31,969 nucleotides of DNA from IMG/VR virus record IMGVR_UViG_3300005512_000199, positions 1 through 31,969 of that record; one strand, written 5' to 3'. Shown here in pieces: positions 1 through 7,313 of this stretch. Position 1 is the stretch's first letter, and every line of letters begins with the position of its first letter. Below the pieces are notes generated by a model, which saw only the letters and a program-made list of their open reading frames with translations, searched no databases and had not been told where the DNA came from. Position numbers and translations under genes: made by a program. The DNA comes from a virus. Taxonomy: Duplodnaviria > Caudoviricetes.

Positions 1-183
1 ATACGGTCGAGCACTATGACCGATCTCCCTCGGTTCCAATCCGGCCGGCTTGGACCGCTCGACTTTCAGACGCTGAACGAGATGATGCGTCGTCTCGATG
101 CTCTGCGTCCTCTGGTCGAGACGGCTTCGGTGAAGAATGGATCCGAGTTCTCGACGCTCGGCGACGTGCTGATCGTGCATGCG
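1..183 (+). repeat. Terminal direct repeat, left copy (imperfect; indicates circular/terminally redundant genome)
   Basis: 1-183 aligns ungapped to 31787-31969 with 9 mismatches. Confidence 0.95.
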
Positions 184-852
184 GCGGAGACGCATCCGGC
201 CGAGTACCCGGGCCGATTCGCATGGAACCAGGTCATCGTCCGCGGCGAGTCGACGCCGACGATCCCGGTTGACGGTGAGCCGGACACGATCGCGACCGAG
301 GTCGACGACGACTGGGAGACGATCGAGGAGAACGCTCAGTTCCGATCCGGCACCGTCGTGATCGAGGACGGCAAGAAGGAAGTTGAGTCGGACACCTACG
401 CGATCAGCGTCGATCCGACGTTTGAGGGCGGCTACGCGATCCTGTTTGCCATCCGGCGAACTGACGGCACCAGATGTTATCTGCTTGTGCCGATCATCGC
501 CGGCGAGGTCAGTGCTGGCACAGTCACAGGACTTGTGCGCGTCGAGACGTTCGTCGGCGAGAGTTTCCTTACGAGCGACAACGCCGGCAACCCGATCCGG
601 GCGCTGGTCTACAACGCAAGGCCGATCCTTATCAACGACGAGGAAAAGTATACGCAGGGGCTTATTGTCACTCTGCTTGACTTCGGCCAGTCCCCCAACT
701 CGAGCATCAATAAGCCGACGACTCTTCCAGACGGTGCGGGTTTGACTTCTCGAACGCTCGATCCTGGCTCGATCATCCTTGCTCGGAAGATCAGCGAGCA
801 GGATCTATATGTCTCGTCCACGCTGACGCATTACGACGTGACCTGCGCATGA
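16..852 (+). CDS. Putative distal tail structural protein
   Basis: 278 aa ORF; via the terminal repeat its start overlaps the stop of 31479-31805 (ATGA), so it continues the tail operon; no recognised domain. Confidence 0.6.
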   Translation: MTDLPRFQSGRLGPLDFQTLNEMMRRLDALRPLVETASVKNGSEFSTLGDVLIVHAAETHPAEYPGRFAWNQVIVRGESTPTIPVDGEPDTIATEVDDDWETIEENAQFRSGTVVIEDGKKEVESDTYAISVDPTFEGGYAILFAIRRTDGTRCYLLVPIIAGEVSAGTVTGLVRVETFVGESFLTSDNAGNPIRALVYNARPILINDEEKYTQGLIVTLLDFGQSPNSSINKPTTLPDGAGLTSRTLDPGSIILARKISEQDLYVSSTLTHYDVTCA

Positions 853-1847
853 CGAACTACACGGCCTGCTGCTGCGGACAGGAGGTTGTGGGCTGGGACA
901 TCACGTCATCCCACACTATCTCGATCGCGAGCACAAGACGAAGCGTTCGGAATGATGGCGGCATCAATCTCATCTCGCACGATGTTTCTCAGACGCTCGC
1001 GATCCAACTTCGACGAGTTCCAGAAGAGTGGCTGCTCCAAGATGTCGGATCTGATTGCTCTGGCGTCATCTATCAGGAGAATCCGTTCTGGTTCAAAAGA
1101 GAGACGCTCGAAGGGTTCATCGACCTGAACGATGAAAGCGGCCAGACCTACGGGAACGGCTCGCCGATCCTTCGTACGCCAGCGACCCTGGCAACGACGC
1201 AGCCTCTCTTTTCTTTTGATTGGCCGACCGGAAGCACTGTTTACGACTTTGAGTGTCTTGGCCTCGTTGATCCAACGACAATTTCGTCGAGGCGTCCGAC
1301 GGATGTAGGACGAAATATCCCGTTCGAGGACAGTCCATACGCAACGCTGCAGGTCTCTCGCGAGACTAATCAATTTGGACAAACGGAAGAGTCAAACGAC
1401 CACTACCGATACACGCCGATTATAGGTGCCCAGGGATCATCAATCCTGGTGCTTCTTTCGTTGCCACTGCCGTCGTTCTTTCCGGTCATCATGGGTTTCA
1501 AAAACCGCTTGTACCGCGACCTCAGTTCGTTCGGACAGTTTGATCTTGAAGATCTCGGCATGGACGATGGGATCACCGAGCTTCCATTCGGTTTCGATGC
1601 GGACTTCATGCAGCGATACTCATCTTTTCAAATGTCGATCGATGGTCAGGACATCAGCCAACAAGAACTGCTTGCGTTCGGGGAAGACGTTCTCTGCAAA
1701 TTCCGAACTGGTCAAACGATGTCGCTTTCCTACGTCGATGAGCATCCTGAGAATGGCAATCAGCCATTTGAATTTGACGTGACAGAATACGACTTGACTA
1801 TGTCAATGAATCAGAGCATCGACTCGCTCGAGTACGTCTTCGCATGA
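849..1847 (+). CDS. Putative tail-tip protein with N-terminal CCC motif
   Basis: 332 aa, ATGA overlap with upstream gene, begins MTNYTACCCG; acidic; visibly more AT-rich codon use than core genes. Confidence 0.55.
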   Translation: MTNYTACCCGQEVVGWDITSSHTISIASTRRSVRNDGGINLISHDVSQTLAIQLRRVPEEWLLQDVGSDCSGVIYQENPFWFKRETLEGFIDLNDESGQTYGNGSPILRTPATLATTQPLFSFDWPTGSTVYDFECLGLVDPTTISSRRPTDVGRNIPFEDSPYATLQVSRETNQFGQTEESNDHYRYTPIIGAQGSSILVLLSLPLPSFFPVIMGFKNRLYRDLSSFGQFDLEDLGMDDGITELPFGFDADFMQRYSSFQMSIDGQDISQQELLAFGEDVLCKFRTGQTMSLSYVDEHPENGNQPFEFDVTEYDLTMSMNQSIDSLEYVFA

Positions 1848-2077
1848 CTTGCGATCATTTGATCGATGGTCGTTGCACTCAACTTCTATTTGACGGAACA
1901 CCATCCACTCGACAGTGCGAAGCCTGCAACCGATACTCAGGACCAGACCGGGGACTCGGCGACAAACTGCATCGAGTGATCGTGACGATCGGCGGGAAGC
2001 GAGTCGAGAAGATGAGCGGATGCGGATGCGGTCGCCGGCGAGCGGCCCTGAATCGACTCTCTCGGAATAAGGACTAG
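1844..2077 (+). CDS. Small Cys-rich phage protein (GCGCxRRxxxLN motif)
   Basis: 77 aa, ATGA-coupled, six Cys including CEAC and GCGC; resembles a motif I recall from small proteins of aquatic phages. Confidence 0.65.
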   Translation: MTCDHLIDGRCTQLLFDGTPSTRQCEACNRYSGPDRGLGDKLHRVIVTIGGKRVEKMSGCGCGRRRAALNRLSRNKD

Positions 2078-2079
2078 CC

Positions 2080-3480
2080 ATGGCCGTCTCATACACCACC
2101 CTCCTTTCTCGGCTCGGTCGCCTCTTCGACTTCGCGAAGACGGTGCGGACGCATCAGAGCACGCTCCGATCCGAGTTCGAGGACACGGCGACCAACTACA
2201 GCGACTCGACTCGCGACCAGATGTCGACGCTGACGAGCGGCATCGAGAGCCGGATCGACGAGGCTGGTCGGATCGTTCAGGATCTTCGAGCAGATGCGTC
2301 AAAGACACTGCTCGAGATGATGGATGCCGACACGACGCTCGGATCGGTGTCGGTGCAGTCGGCGATCGAGGAACTGATCCGGCAGCTCGCAGCGGCATCG
2401 CAGACGGTCGATCGTCCGGCGAGTGGCTACGTCACTCTTCCGGCATCGAATCGCGGCACGGCCGGAGGGAGCAATGTCGGCGACGGTCTCATCCTGCTCT
2501 CGGACATGGCACCGCTCCGGAACCTCTCGACCTCGGAGGTCTTCGACTTCCCGTCGATCCGAACCGAGACGATCCGCGCGACCTGCATTCAGGACTCGAC
2601 GTCTCCGAACGTGCAAGAGGGCTCGGAGCGATTCCGAATCGAGGGACAGCGAGACATCGGTCGACTTGACGAAGACTGGCCGCTCGGCTCTGGGACTCGC
2701 GGCGTGCTGACGGTTGCGGCCGCGAACAAGGACGGCGGCCGGACTCCTGGCGTCAACGTCTGTACGAACTCGGACTTCGAGAACTTCACCTCGAACGCTC
2801 CGGACAACTGGACGATCGTAACGGGCACGGCAGGCACGCACATCCTCGCCGGCGGCAGCGGGTACACGGACGACAACTCGCTCAAGCTCGTCGGCGACGG
2901 ATCGACCGCGACGAACCTGAAGCAGCCTCTTCGGCTTACGAGTGGTACGCTGGGTCAGATCAACCCCGACCGACCGTACTCGATCACGTGTGCGGCGAAG
3001 TACGCGACGGCGGCACCGACGTCGAGCCTCGTGATCTCGGTCCGCGACTCGAGCGGGACGATCCTGCATGATTCGATCGTCGGTCGTGCGATGCAGCTCA
3101 CGATCGGATCCGCGAGTCTGACTACCTCGTGGCAATGGTTCAGTGCGGTCGTCTTCTCGCCGGTCGCGATCCCGAAGGGCTCGGTCATCGACATCCGGTT
3201 CAGCGGCAACCAGGCGAACACGTCGCAGGTCTTCATCGATGAACTCGTGATCGCCGAGATGCCTCGTTTCCAGCGTGGCGGTCTCGCGTATCAGATCACT
3301 CGCGGCGAGACCGATTACGCGATCGAGGACGTATTCACGGCAGACGTGACCAACAACTGCACGACCGGCGACGGCGAGATCGCTCTTGAGTTCGATCGGT
3401 TCTTCGACATGGCGTCGCTCGGTCTGGTGCTGCCTTCCTCGACCTCTCCGACGCTTGCGGACGCGACGTATATCTCGTGA
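2080..3480 (+). CDS. Tail protein with probable carbohydrate-binding (CBM4/9-like jelly-roll) domain
   Basis: 466 aa; helical N-terminus; NVCTNSDFE..PDNW ... VFIDEL pattern typical of CBM-like domains; last gene of the late operon. Confidence 0.55.
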   Translation: MAVSYTTLLSRLGRLFDFAKTVRTHQSTLRSEFEDTATNYSDSTRDQMSTLTSGIESRIDEAGRIVQDLRADASKTLLEMMDADTTLGSVSVQSAIEELIRQLAAASQTVDRPASGYVTLPASNRGTAGGSNVGDGLILLSDMAPLRNLSTSEVFDFPSIRTETIRATCIQDSTSPNVQEGSERFRIEGQRDIGRLDEDWPLGSGTRGVLTVAAANKDGGRTPGVNVCTNSDFENFTSNAPDNWTIVTGTAGTHILAGGSGYTDDNSLKLVGDGSTATNLKQPLRLTSGTLGQINPDRPYSITCAAKYATAAPTSSLVISVRDSSGTILHDSIVGRAMQLTIGSASLTTSWQWFSAVVFSPVAIPKGSVIDIRFSGNQANTSQVFIDELVIAEMPRFQRGGLAYQITRGETDYAIEDVFTADVTNNCTTGDGEIALEFDRFFDMASLGLVLPSSTSPTLADATYIS

Positions 3481-3503
3481 CGAAACGTCGGCACCTGTCG
3501 ATT

Positions 3504-3734
3504 AGGGTCGACACTTTGTCACAGCCAGTCTGAACGAGCCTGAGTCCCGATATTCGGTTACGGCTTCCAATTTCTCGATACGGACTCCGCCCGTCCGCGA
3601 GGGCGGGCTCGACCCTGGCTGCGAGGGGCAACTATCCGGAAACTCCGGATAGTTGCAGCCGGCACACTGTCTGGGGTCTATACGGGCGGATTGGGACTTC
3701 GATTCCTGATCCGCCCGATTCATATCAACAGACA
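3504..3734 (+). ncRNA. Candidate structured RNA / multi-hairpin intergenic element
   Basis: Stems: 3504-3511/3609-3616, 3542-3547/3582-3587, 3587-3592/3601-3606, perfect 13-bp 3628-3640/3644-3656, 14-bp 3683-3696/3704-3717 (G-U pairs favour + strand), 3668-3673/3729-3734. Confidence 0.35.
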
Positions 3735-3767
3735 ACCGCCGGCCGAGCTGTCAAGCCCGACCGGCGG
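3727..3767 (-). terminator. Rho-independent terminator of the leftward early operon
   Basis: Minus strand CCGCCGGUCGGGCU-UGAC-AGCUCGGCCGGCGG (fully paired only on minus, via G-U) followed by UUGUCUGUU, just after the stop at 3790. Confidence 0.7.
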
Positions 3768-3789
3768 CAAATGGAAGGAGTGGCCTCTC

Positions 3790-3984
3790 TCACCTGATCT
3801 TGATTTGGTATCCGAGCTTCGCTCCTTCGAGGATGATACGGTCTAACTCGCGGACGTGCTTGTTCCCTGGACGGAGCTTGATGTAGAGGTCGTCTGGATC
3901 GTAGCCGTCGAGCTTGCAGGCTGCAGCCCAGAGGCGGCGAGCCTTGTCGGTCAGGATCCGGTGAAGGGTGTCTTGGTACTTCAT
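3790..3984 (-). CDS. Hypothetical early protein
   Basis: 64 aa; RBS AAGGAG upstream; ATGA coupling to upstream ORF. Confidence 0.7.
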   Translation of the reverse strand: MKYQDTLHRILTDKARRLWAAACKLDGYDPDDLYIKLRPGNKHVRELDRIILEGAKLGYQIKIR

Positions 3985-4136
3985 CGACGTCGCTCCTTGA
4001 GGCGTCGCTCCACGCCGTTCGTGAGGTGATAGCTGATGAACATGAGAGCGGTCAGCGTGCCGACCAGGATGTACGCTCCGAGCTCCTTGGTCGCAGCCGG
4101 AATCACGATGTGCTCGATGATGGCGTCTTCGATCAT
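3981..4136 (-). CDS. Small single-TM membrane protein
   Basis: Start MIEDAII at 4136 overlapping upstream stop; hydrophobic LGAYILVGTLTALMFISY. Confidence 0.6.
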   Translation of the reverse strand: MIEDAIIEHIVIPAATKELGAYILVGTLTALMFISYHLTNGVERRLKERRR

Positions 4137-4408
4137 TCTTCTTCCTTTCCGAAGAGTCGATCCCACCCCTCGGGCGACGTGCCAGAGATCAGGAACTCGC
4201 GGAGATCGACGTTGTCCTTGATCGACTCGAAGTGTTCGATCGATCCACGCGGATCACGAGCGAAGCTCGCAAACTCTTTGTATGGGACTTTGATTCGCCA
4301 GATGTGATCCGTGACGACGCATCGCCCGATGATCATGACGGGTCCGGTCTTGCCGTATTCCGCGATCATCTTCCCGCCTCGGATCCCACCCCTCGATCGC
4401 TCGATCAT
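4133..4408 (-). CDS. Hypothetical early protein
   Basis: Start MIERSR at 4408 (GGAGG RBS, ATGA overlap); C-terminal REFLISGTSPEGWDRLF resembles a small phage protein family. Confidence 0.65.
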   Translation of the reverse strand: MIERSRGGIRGGKMIAEYGKTGPVMIIGRCVVTDHIWRIKVPYKEFASFARDPRGSIEHFESIKDNVDLREFLISGTSPEGWDRLFGKEEE

Positions 4409-4734
4409 CGGAAGTCCTCCCAGTCCTGAGCGACTCGCTCGGCAATCCGGAACCGCTCCTGGATCGTCATTGCAGCCCACGCCTTCCCGTACCGCTCGCC
4501 TCGCGTGAGTCGCTGATCGTTGTTCACGTCGTTCTCGGCTCGGCTTCCCCAGATGCCGGCGAGGAATCGCTGCATCCGCAAGAGTCGATCCTGCTCGGTC
4601 GCGAGCTCGACGATCCGTTCCATGATGAGATCGTCGATCGGGTTCGGCTCGAGCTCTCGGAAGCGATCGCACTTCTCGGCGAAGGCTTCGGCATCGTCGC
4701 GATCGCGGCTGGTATCCCAGTTGGTTTTCTTCAT
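4405..4734 (-). CDS. Hypothetical early protein
   Basis: Start MKKTNW at 4734 preceded by AAGGAGCACGACCG. Confidence 0.7.
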   Translation of the reverse strand: MKKTNWDTSRDRDDAEAFAEKCDRFRELEPNPIDDLIMERIVELATEQDRLLRMQRFLAGIWGSRAENDVNNDQRLTRGERYGKAWAAMTIQERFRIAERVAQDWEDFR

Positions 4735-4748
4735 CGGTCGTGCTCCTT

Positions 4749-4943
4749 TCAGTTGTTCTCGACGATCTCGATCCGAGGCTCGAAGCCTCGAGCGATCATC
4801 CACCGCATGGCGGCTCGGAGGGTCTTGAACGTCTTCGAGCTGGAGTAGGTGCAGGCGAGGTAGTTGTGCTGGCCGGTCCGCCAGATCCCGCAGATCGTCT
4901 CGCCGTCGTTCCAGCCGTCGGATTCAGTCCAGATCGGTTCCAT
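4749..4943 (-). CDS. DUF1391-like small phage protein
   Basis: 64 aa from MEPIW; ETICGIW...YLACTYSSSKTFKTLRAAMRW resembles the DUF1391 signature (TxxKSKTFKTxxGAxRW) as recalled; strong RBS. Confidence 0.65.
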   Translation of the reverse strand: MEPIWTESDGWNDGETICGIWRTGQHNYLACTYSSSKTFKTLRAAMRWMIARGFEPRIEIVENN

Positions 4944-5156
4944 CGGTCGTGCTCCTTGATTCGGTCGAGCCCCATGCCCGACAAGTAGATCATCGGGTAT
5001 TCCGGCCCCATTGTCCACACCTTTCCCGAAGAATCTGGAAGATTCTCGATTCTTTGGGATTTCTTCCCAAAGGGGTGGACATTCGCCGATTCTCTGGTAT
5101 GATCTGGGTGTCGAAGGCATGGGGCCGACGACGACCAGAACAAGGAGCCGACCATG
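4941..5156. promoter_or_regulatory. Divergent early promoter region with mirrored promoters/leaders and central palindromes
   Basis: Right: TGGACA(5076-5081)-16 nt-TATGAT(5098-5103) with extended -10 TG; left: TGGACA (5017-5012)-17 nt-GATGAT; inverted repeats 5030-5046 and 5052-5072. Confidence 0.7.
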
Positions 5157-5387
5157 AAGGTCTCGTTCGAAAACAACATCACCAACGACGGCGAAGCCGT
5201 CATCGCCTTCTCCATCGATCAGGAGGCCGAGGCTCAAGCCTTCGCGGCCAAGATGAAGAAGGAAACGGGACGACACATCGTTTCCCAGATCGCTCGACGA
5301 GGCGAGATGCACCGATGCTGGTGCGTCGTCGAGATCCGCGAGATCGTCCGAACGCCGGTAATCCATTCGGTGCCGGTTGCAAGCTGA
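5154..5387 (+). CDS. Hypothetical early protein
   Basis: 77 aa, RBS AAGGAG, first gene of rightward operon. Confidence 0.7.
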   Translation: MKVSFENNITNDGEAVIAFSIDQEAEAQAFAAKMKKETGRHIVSQIARRGEMHRCWCVVEIREIVRTPVIHSVPVAS

Positions 5388-5397
5388 AACTGACCCA

Positions 5398-5440
5398 GCC
5401 GGGGTCGCCGGTTGAACGATCCACCGCCGGCGGCCTCGGC
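5398..5440 (+). promoter_or_regulatory. GC-rich intergenic hairpin upstream of the SSAP gene
   Basis: 14-bp stem GCCGGGGTCGCCGG/CCGGCGGCCTCGGC with G-U pairs on + strand; no U-tract. Confidence 0.5.
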
Positions 5441-5459
5441 ACCTTCAGAAAGGAAGACC

Positions 5460-6170
5460 ATGAGCGCAATCGAAGTCCACAACCCAGAAGGCGGCGACCT
5501 CTTTCGGATCGCCGATGTCTTCGCGAAGTCCGGGATGTTCCCGGAGGCACGCGACGCCGCTCAGTGTGCGGCGAAGTTGATCGTCGGCCAGGGCCTCGGC
5601 CTGACGCCGTACGACTCGATGAACGGCCTCCACATCATCCAGGGCAAGGCGGTCCTCGCCGCAAACACGATGGCCGCCGCGATCAAGCGGAGCGGGAAGT
5701 ACGACTACCGAGCTGAGACCGACGACGAGGCATGCACGATCGCCTTCTACGACCTCTCGCAGCGCGACACCGACGGCCGACCAGCGACGATCGGCACGAC
5801 AACCTTCTCGATGGACGACGCGAGGCGAGCCGGACTCGGCGGCCAGAACTGGAAGAAGTACCCGCGAGCGATGCTCTTCGCTCGAGCGATTTCCGCTGGC
5901 TACCGCGAGCACTGTCCGGATGCACTCGGTGCCGCTCCCGTCTACGTCGAGGCGATGGGCGAGACCGAGATCCCGCGAGTCGAGACTGGCGGCAAGAACG
6001 AACCGGCGTCTCTTCCGGCGTCGCCGCTCGATCGGCTCCGCGATCTGCTCAACTCGAAGGACAACGCAGACGAGATCGAGGCGATGCTCTGCGAGCGTGC
6101 TGGCGTCGATGATCTCGCAGAACTCCCGGCCGACAAGATGGAGGCGGCGATCGCATGGCTGAGCAAGTGA
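5460..6170 (+). CDS. RecT-like single-strand annealing protein (recombinase)
   Basis: GQGLGLTPYDSMNGLHIIQGK and NWKKYPRAMLFARAIS motifs of phage RecT-type SSAPs; RBS AAGGAAG before MSAIEV. Confidence 0.8.
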   Translation: MSAIEVHNPEGGDLFRIADVFAKSGMFPEARDAAQCAAKLIVGQGLGLTPYDSMNGLHIIQGKAVLAANTMAAAIKRSGKYDYRAETDDEACTIAFYDLSQRDTDGRPATIGTTTFSMDDARRAGLGGQNWKKYPRAMLFARAISAGYREHCPDALGAAPVYVEAMGETEIPRVETGGKNEPASLPASPLDRLRDLLNSKDNADEIEAMLCERAGVDDLAELPADKMEAAIAWLSK

Positions 6171-6355
6171 TGATCTCTCTCTCTGACGTACCGACGCACG
6201 TCGAGAAGCAGACAGGATGGAAGCCGTCGATGAGTACAGTTCGCGACTGGGCGAACCAAGGCAAGATCCGATCGAGGAAGATCGGCGGCAGAATCTTCGT
6301 GGAGCTCGACTCCGTCTTTGGACTCTTTACCGGAAAGGAAGGACAGGACCGATGA
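6170..6355 (+). CDS. Excisionase/MerR-like HTH DNA-binding protein
   Basis: SMSTVRDWANQGKIRSRKIGGRIFV matches the HTH_17/Xis pattern; TGATG coupling. Confidence 0.75.
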   Translation: MISLSDVPTHVEKQTGWKPSMSTVRDWANQGKIRSRKIGGRIFVELDSVFGLFTGKEGQDR

Positions 6356-6903
6356 AGTTCAGACCAGAAACCGACAACGATCGCACCGAAGGAATTCCGA
6401 GCGCGCCTGCCGGCGAGCACGTAATGAGGATCTCTTCCTGGATCGAAGACCGTCAGACGAAGAACGGCACGAAGGATCTCGTCGAGTTCGTCGGAGAGAT
6501 CCCGTACGACGGCGAGATCGTCATGGTCGGCACCACGATGTGGATCTCTCATCCGGAGGGCGGCAAGAAGGGCAACCTCTGGAAGTACCGCCAACTCGCC
6601 GAGGCTCTCGGAGAGGATGCAGTCGCCGAGTACCGCTCGAAGGATGCGGACGGCTTCTCGAAGTTCAATCCGATGAACTGGACCGATCGGGCCGTGATCG
6701 TCGAGGTCGGCGGCTACGGCGTCGAGGAAGTCAAGCGATGCGAACTCCAGCCTGCGAAGCGGCCGGCGTCGCGACAGCGGACCGAAGACAACTGGGACAA
6801 GTCCGACGACGAGATCTCCGCCGAGATCGCGGCGGCTCGGATCGCGAAGAAGGCGAAGGCGACGAACGTTCGAGCGGTCGCCGATGACGACATTCCGTTC
6901 TGA
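6352..6903 (+). CDS. Putative single-stranded DNA-binding protein (DUF669-like)
   Basis: N-terminal PAGEHVMRI beta pattern and acidic C-terminal DDDIPF tail typical of SSBs; adjacent to SSAP. Confidence 0.7.
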   Translation: MKFRPETDNDRTEGIPSAPAGEHVMRISSWIEDRQTKNGTKDLVEFVGEIPYDGEIVMVGTTMWISHPEGGKKGNLWKYRQLAEALGEDAVAEYRSKDADGFSKFNPMNWTDRAVIVEVGGYGVEEVKRCELQPAKRPASRQRTEDNWDKSDDEISAEIAAARIAKKAKATNVRAVADDDIPF

Positions 6904-6913
6904 AAGGAGACCG

Positions 6914-7204
6914 ATGGAACACCTGAACCGCGTGACCGATCCGTGGACGTCGAAGGCGGCGGCCGATTCGGTCAAGATGAAGATCGCCGGCCTCGAGCGG
7001 ATGATCGTCGAGACGATCGCCGAGCAGGGTCCGCAGACCTCGAGCGAGATCCAGCACGAGCTCGAGCAGGCTGGCAGGATCGCAGCGACGACAAGGATTC
7101 ACAAGCGGATGGCCGGTCTGATCCGACAGGGTAGGATCTCCGCGATCGGCATTCGTCGTGATCCGTTCTCGGGACGGATGGCGACCCTCTACGCCGCGTG
7201 CTAG
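6914..7204 (+). CDS. Winged-helix DNA-binding protein
   Basis: RxTDPxTSxxAA N-terminal motif plus GPQTSSEI...RMAGLIRQGRI wHTH pattern; RBS AAGGAG. Confidence 0.7.
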   Translation: MEHLNRVTDPWTSKAAADSVKMKIAGLERMIVETIAEQGPQTSSEIQHELEQAGRIAATTRIHKRMAGLIRQGRISAIGIRRDPFSGRMATLYAAC

Positions 7205-7207
7205 GAT

Positions 7208-7297
7208 GATGCCGGCGGAGGAGCGACCGCCGACATCTGACGCCCCATGTCTCGCCGCCTCCCGTGCCTTCGCTCCTTGCGCACGGTGAGGCGGCGA
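7208..7297 (+). promoter_or_regulatory. Two-hairpin element with complementary loops (kissing-loop candidate) in initiator leader
   Basis: Hairpin 1 7208-7237, loop AGGAGCGA (7219-7226); hairpin 2 7252-7297, loop contains TCGCTCCT (7270-7277). Confidence 0.6.
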
Positions 7298-7313
7298 TCT
7301 TTCGGGAGGACCA

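Noticed and set aside
3475-3545. Possible hammerhead ribozyme (CGAAAC...GTC...CTGAACGAG)
   Set aside because: Core has an extra base relative to CUGANGA, and stems I-III do not pair convincingly
3683-3717. tRNA suggested by GGACTTCGATTCC T-loop-like motif
   Set aside because: No cloverleaf, D-arm or anticodon arm; it is the apex of a long simple hairpin
3502-3735. 77-aa minus-strand ORF
   Set aside because: No clear RBS, lies beyond the minus-strand terminator and runs through hairpins; probably spurious
4949-5716. 255-aa + strand ORF spanning the promoter region
   Set aside because: Arg-rich off-frame product overlapping better-supported genes and promoters
6170-6355. Integration/excision module
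   Set aside because: Xis-like HTH present, but no tyrosine or serine recombinase or att site recognised
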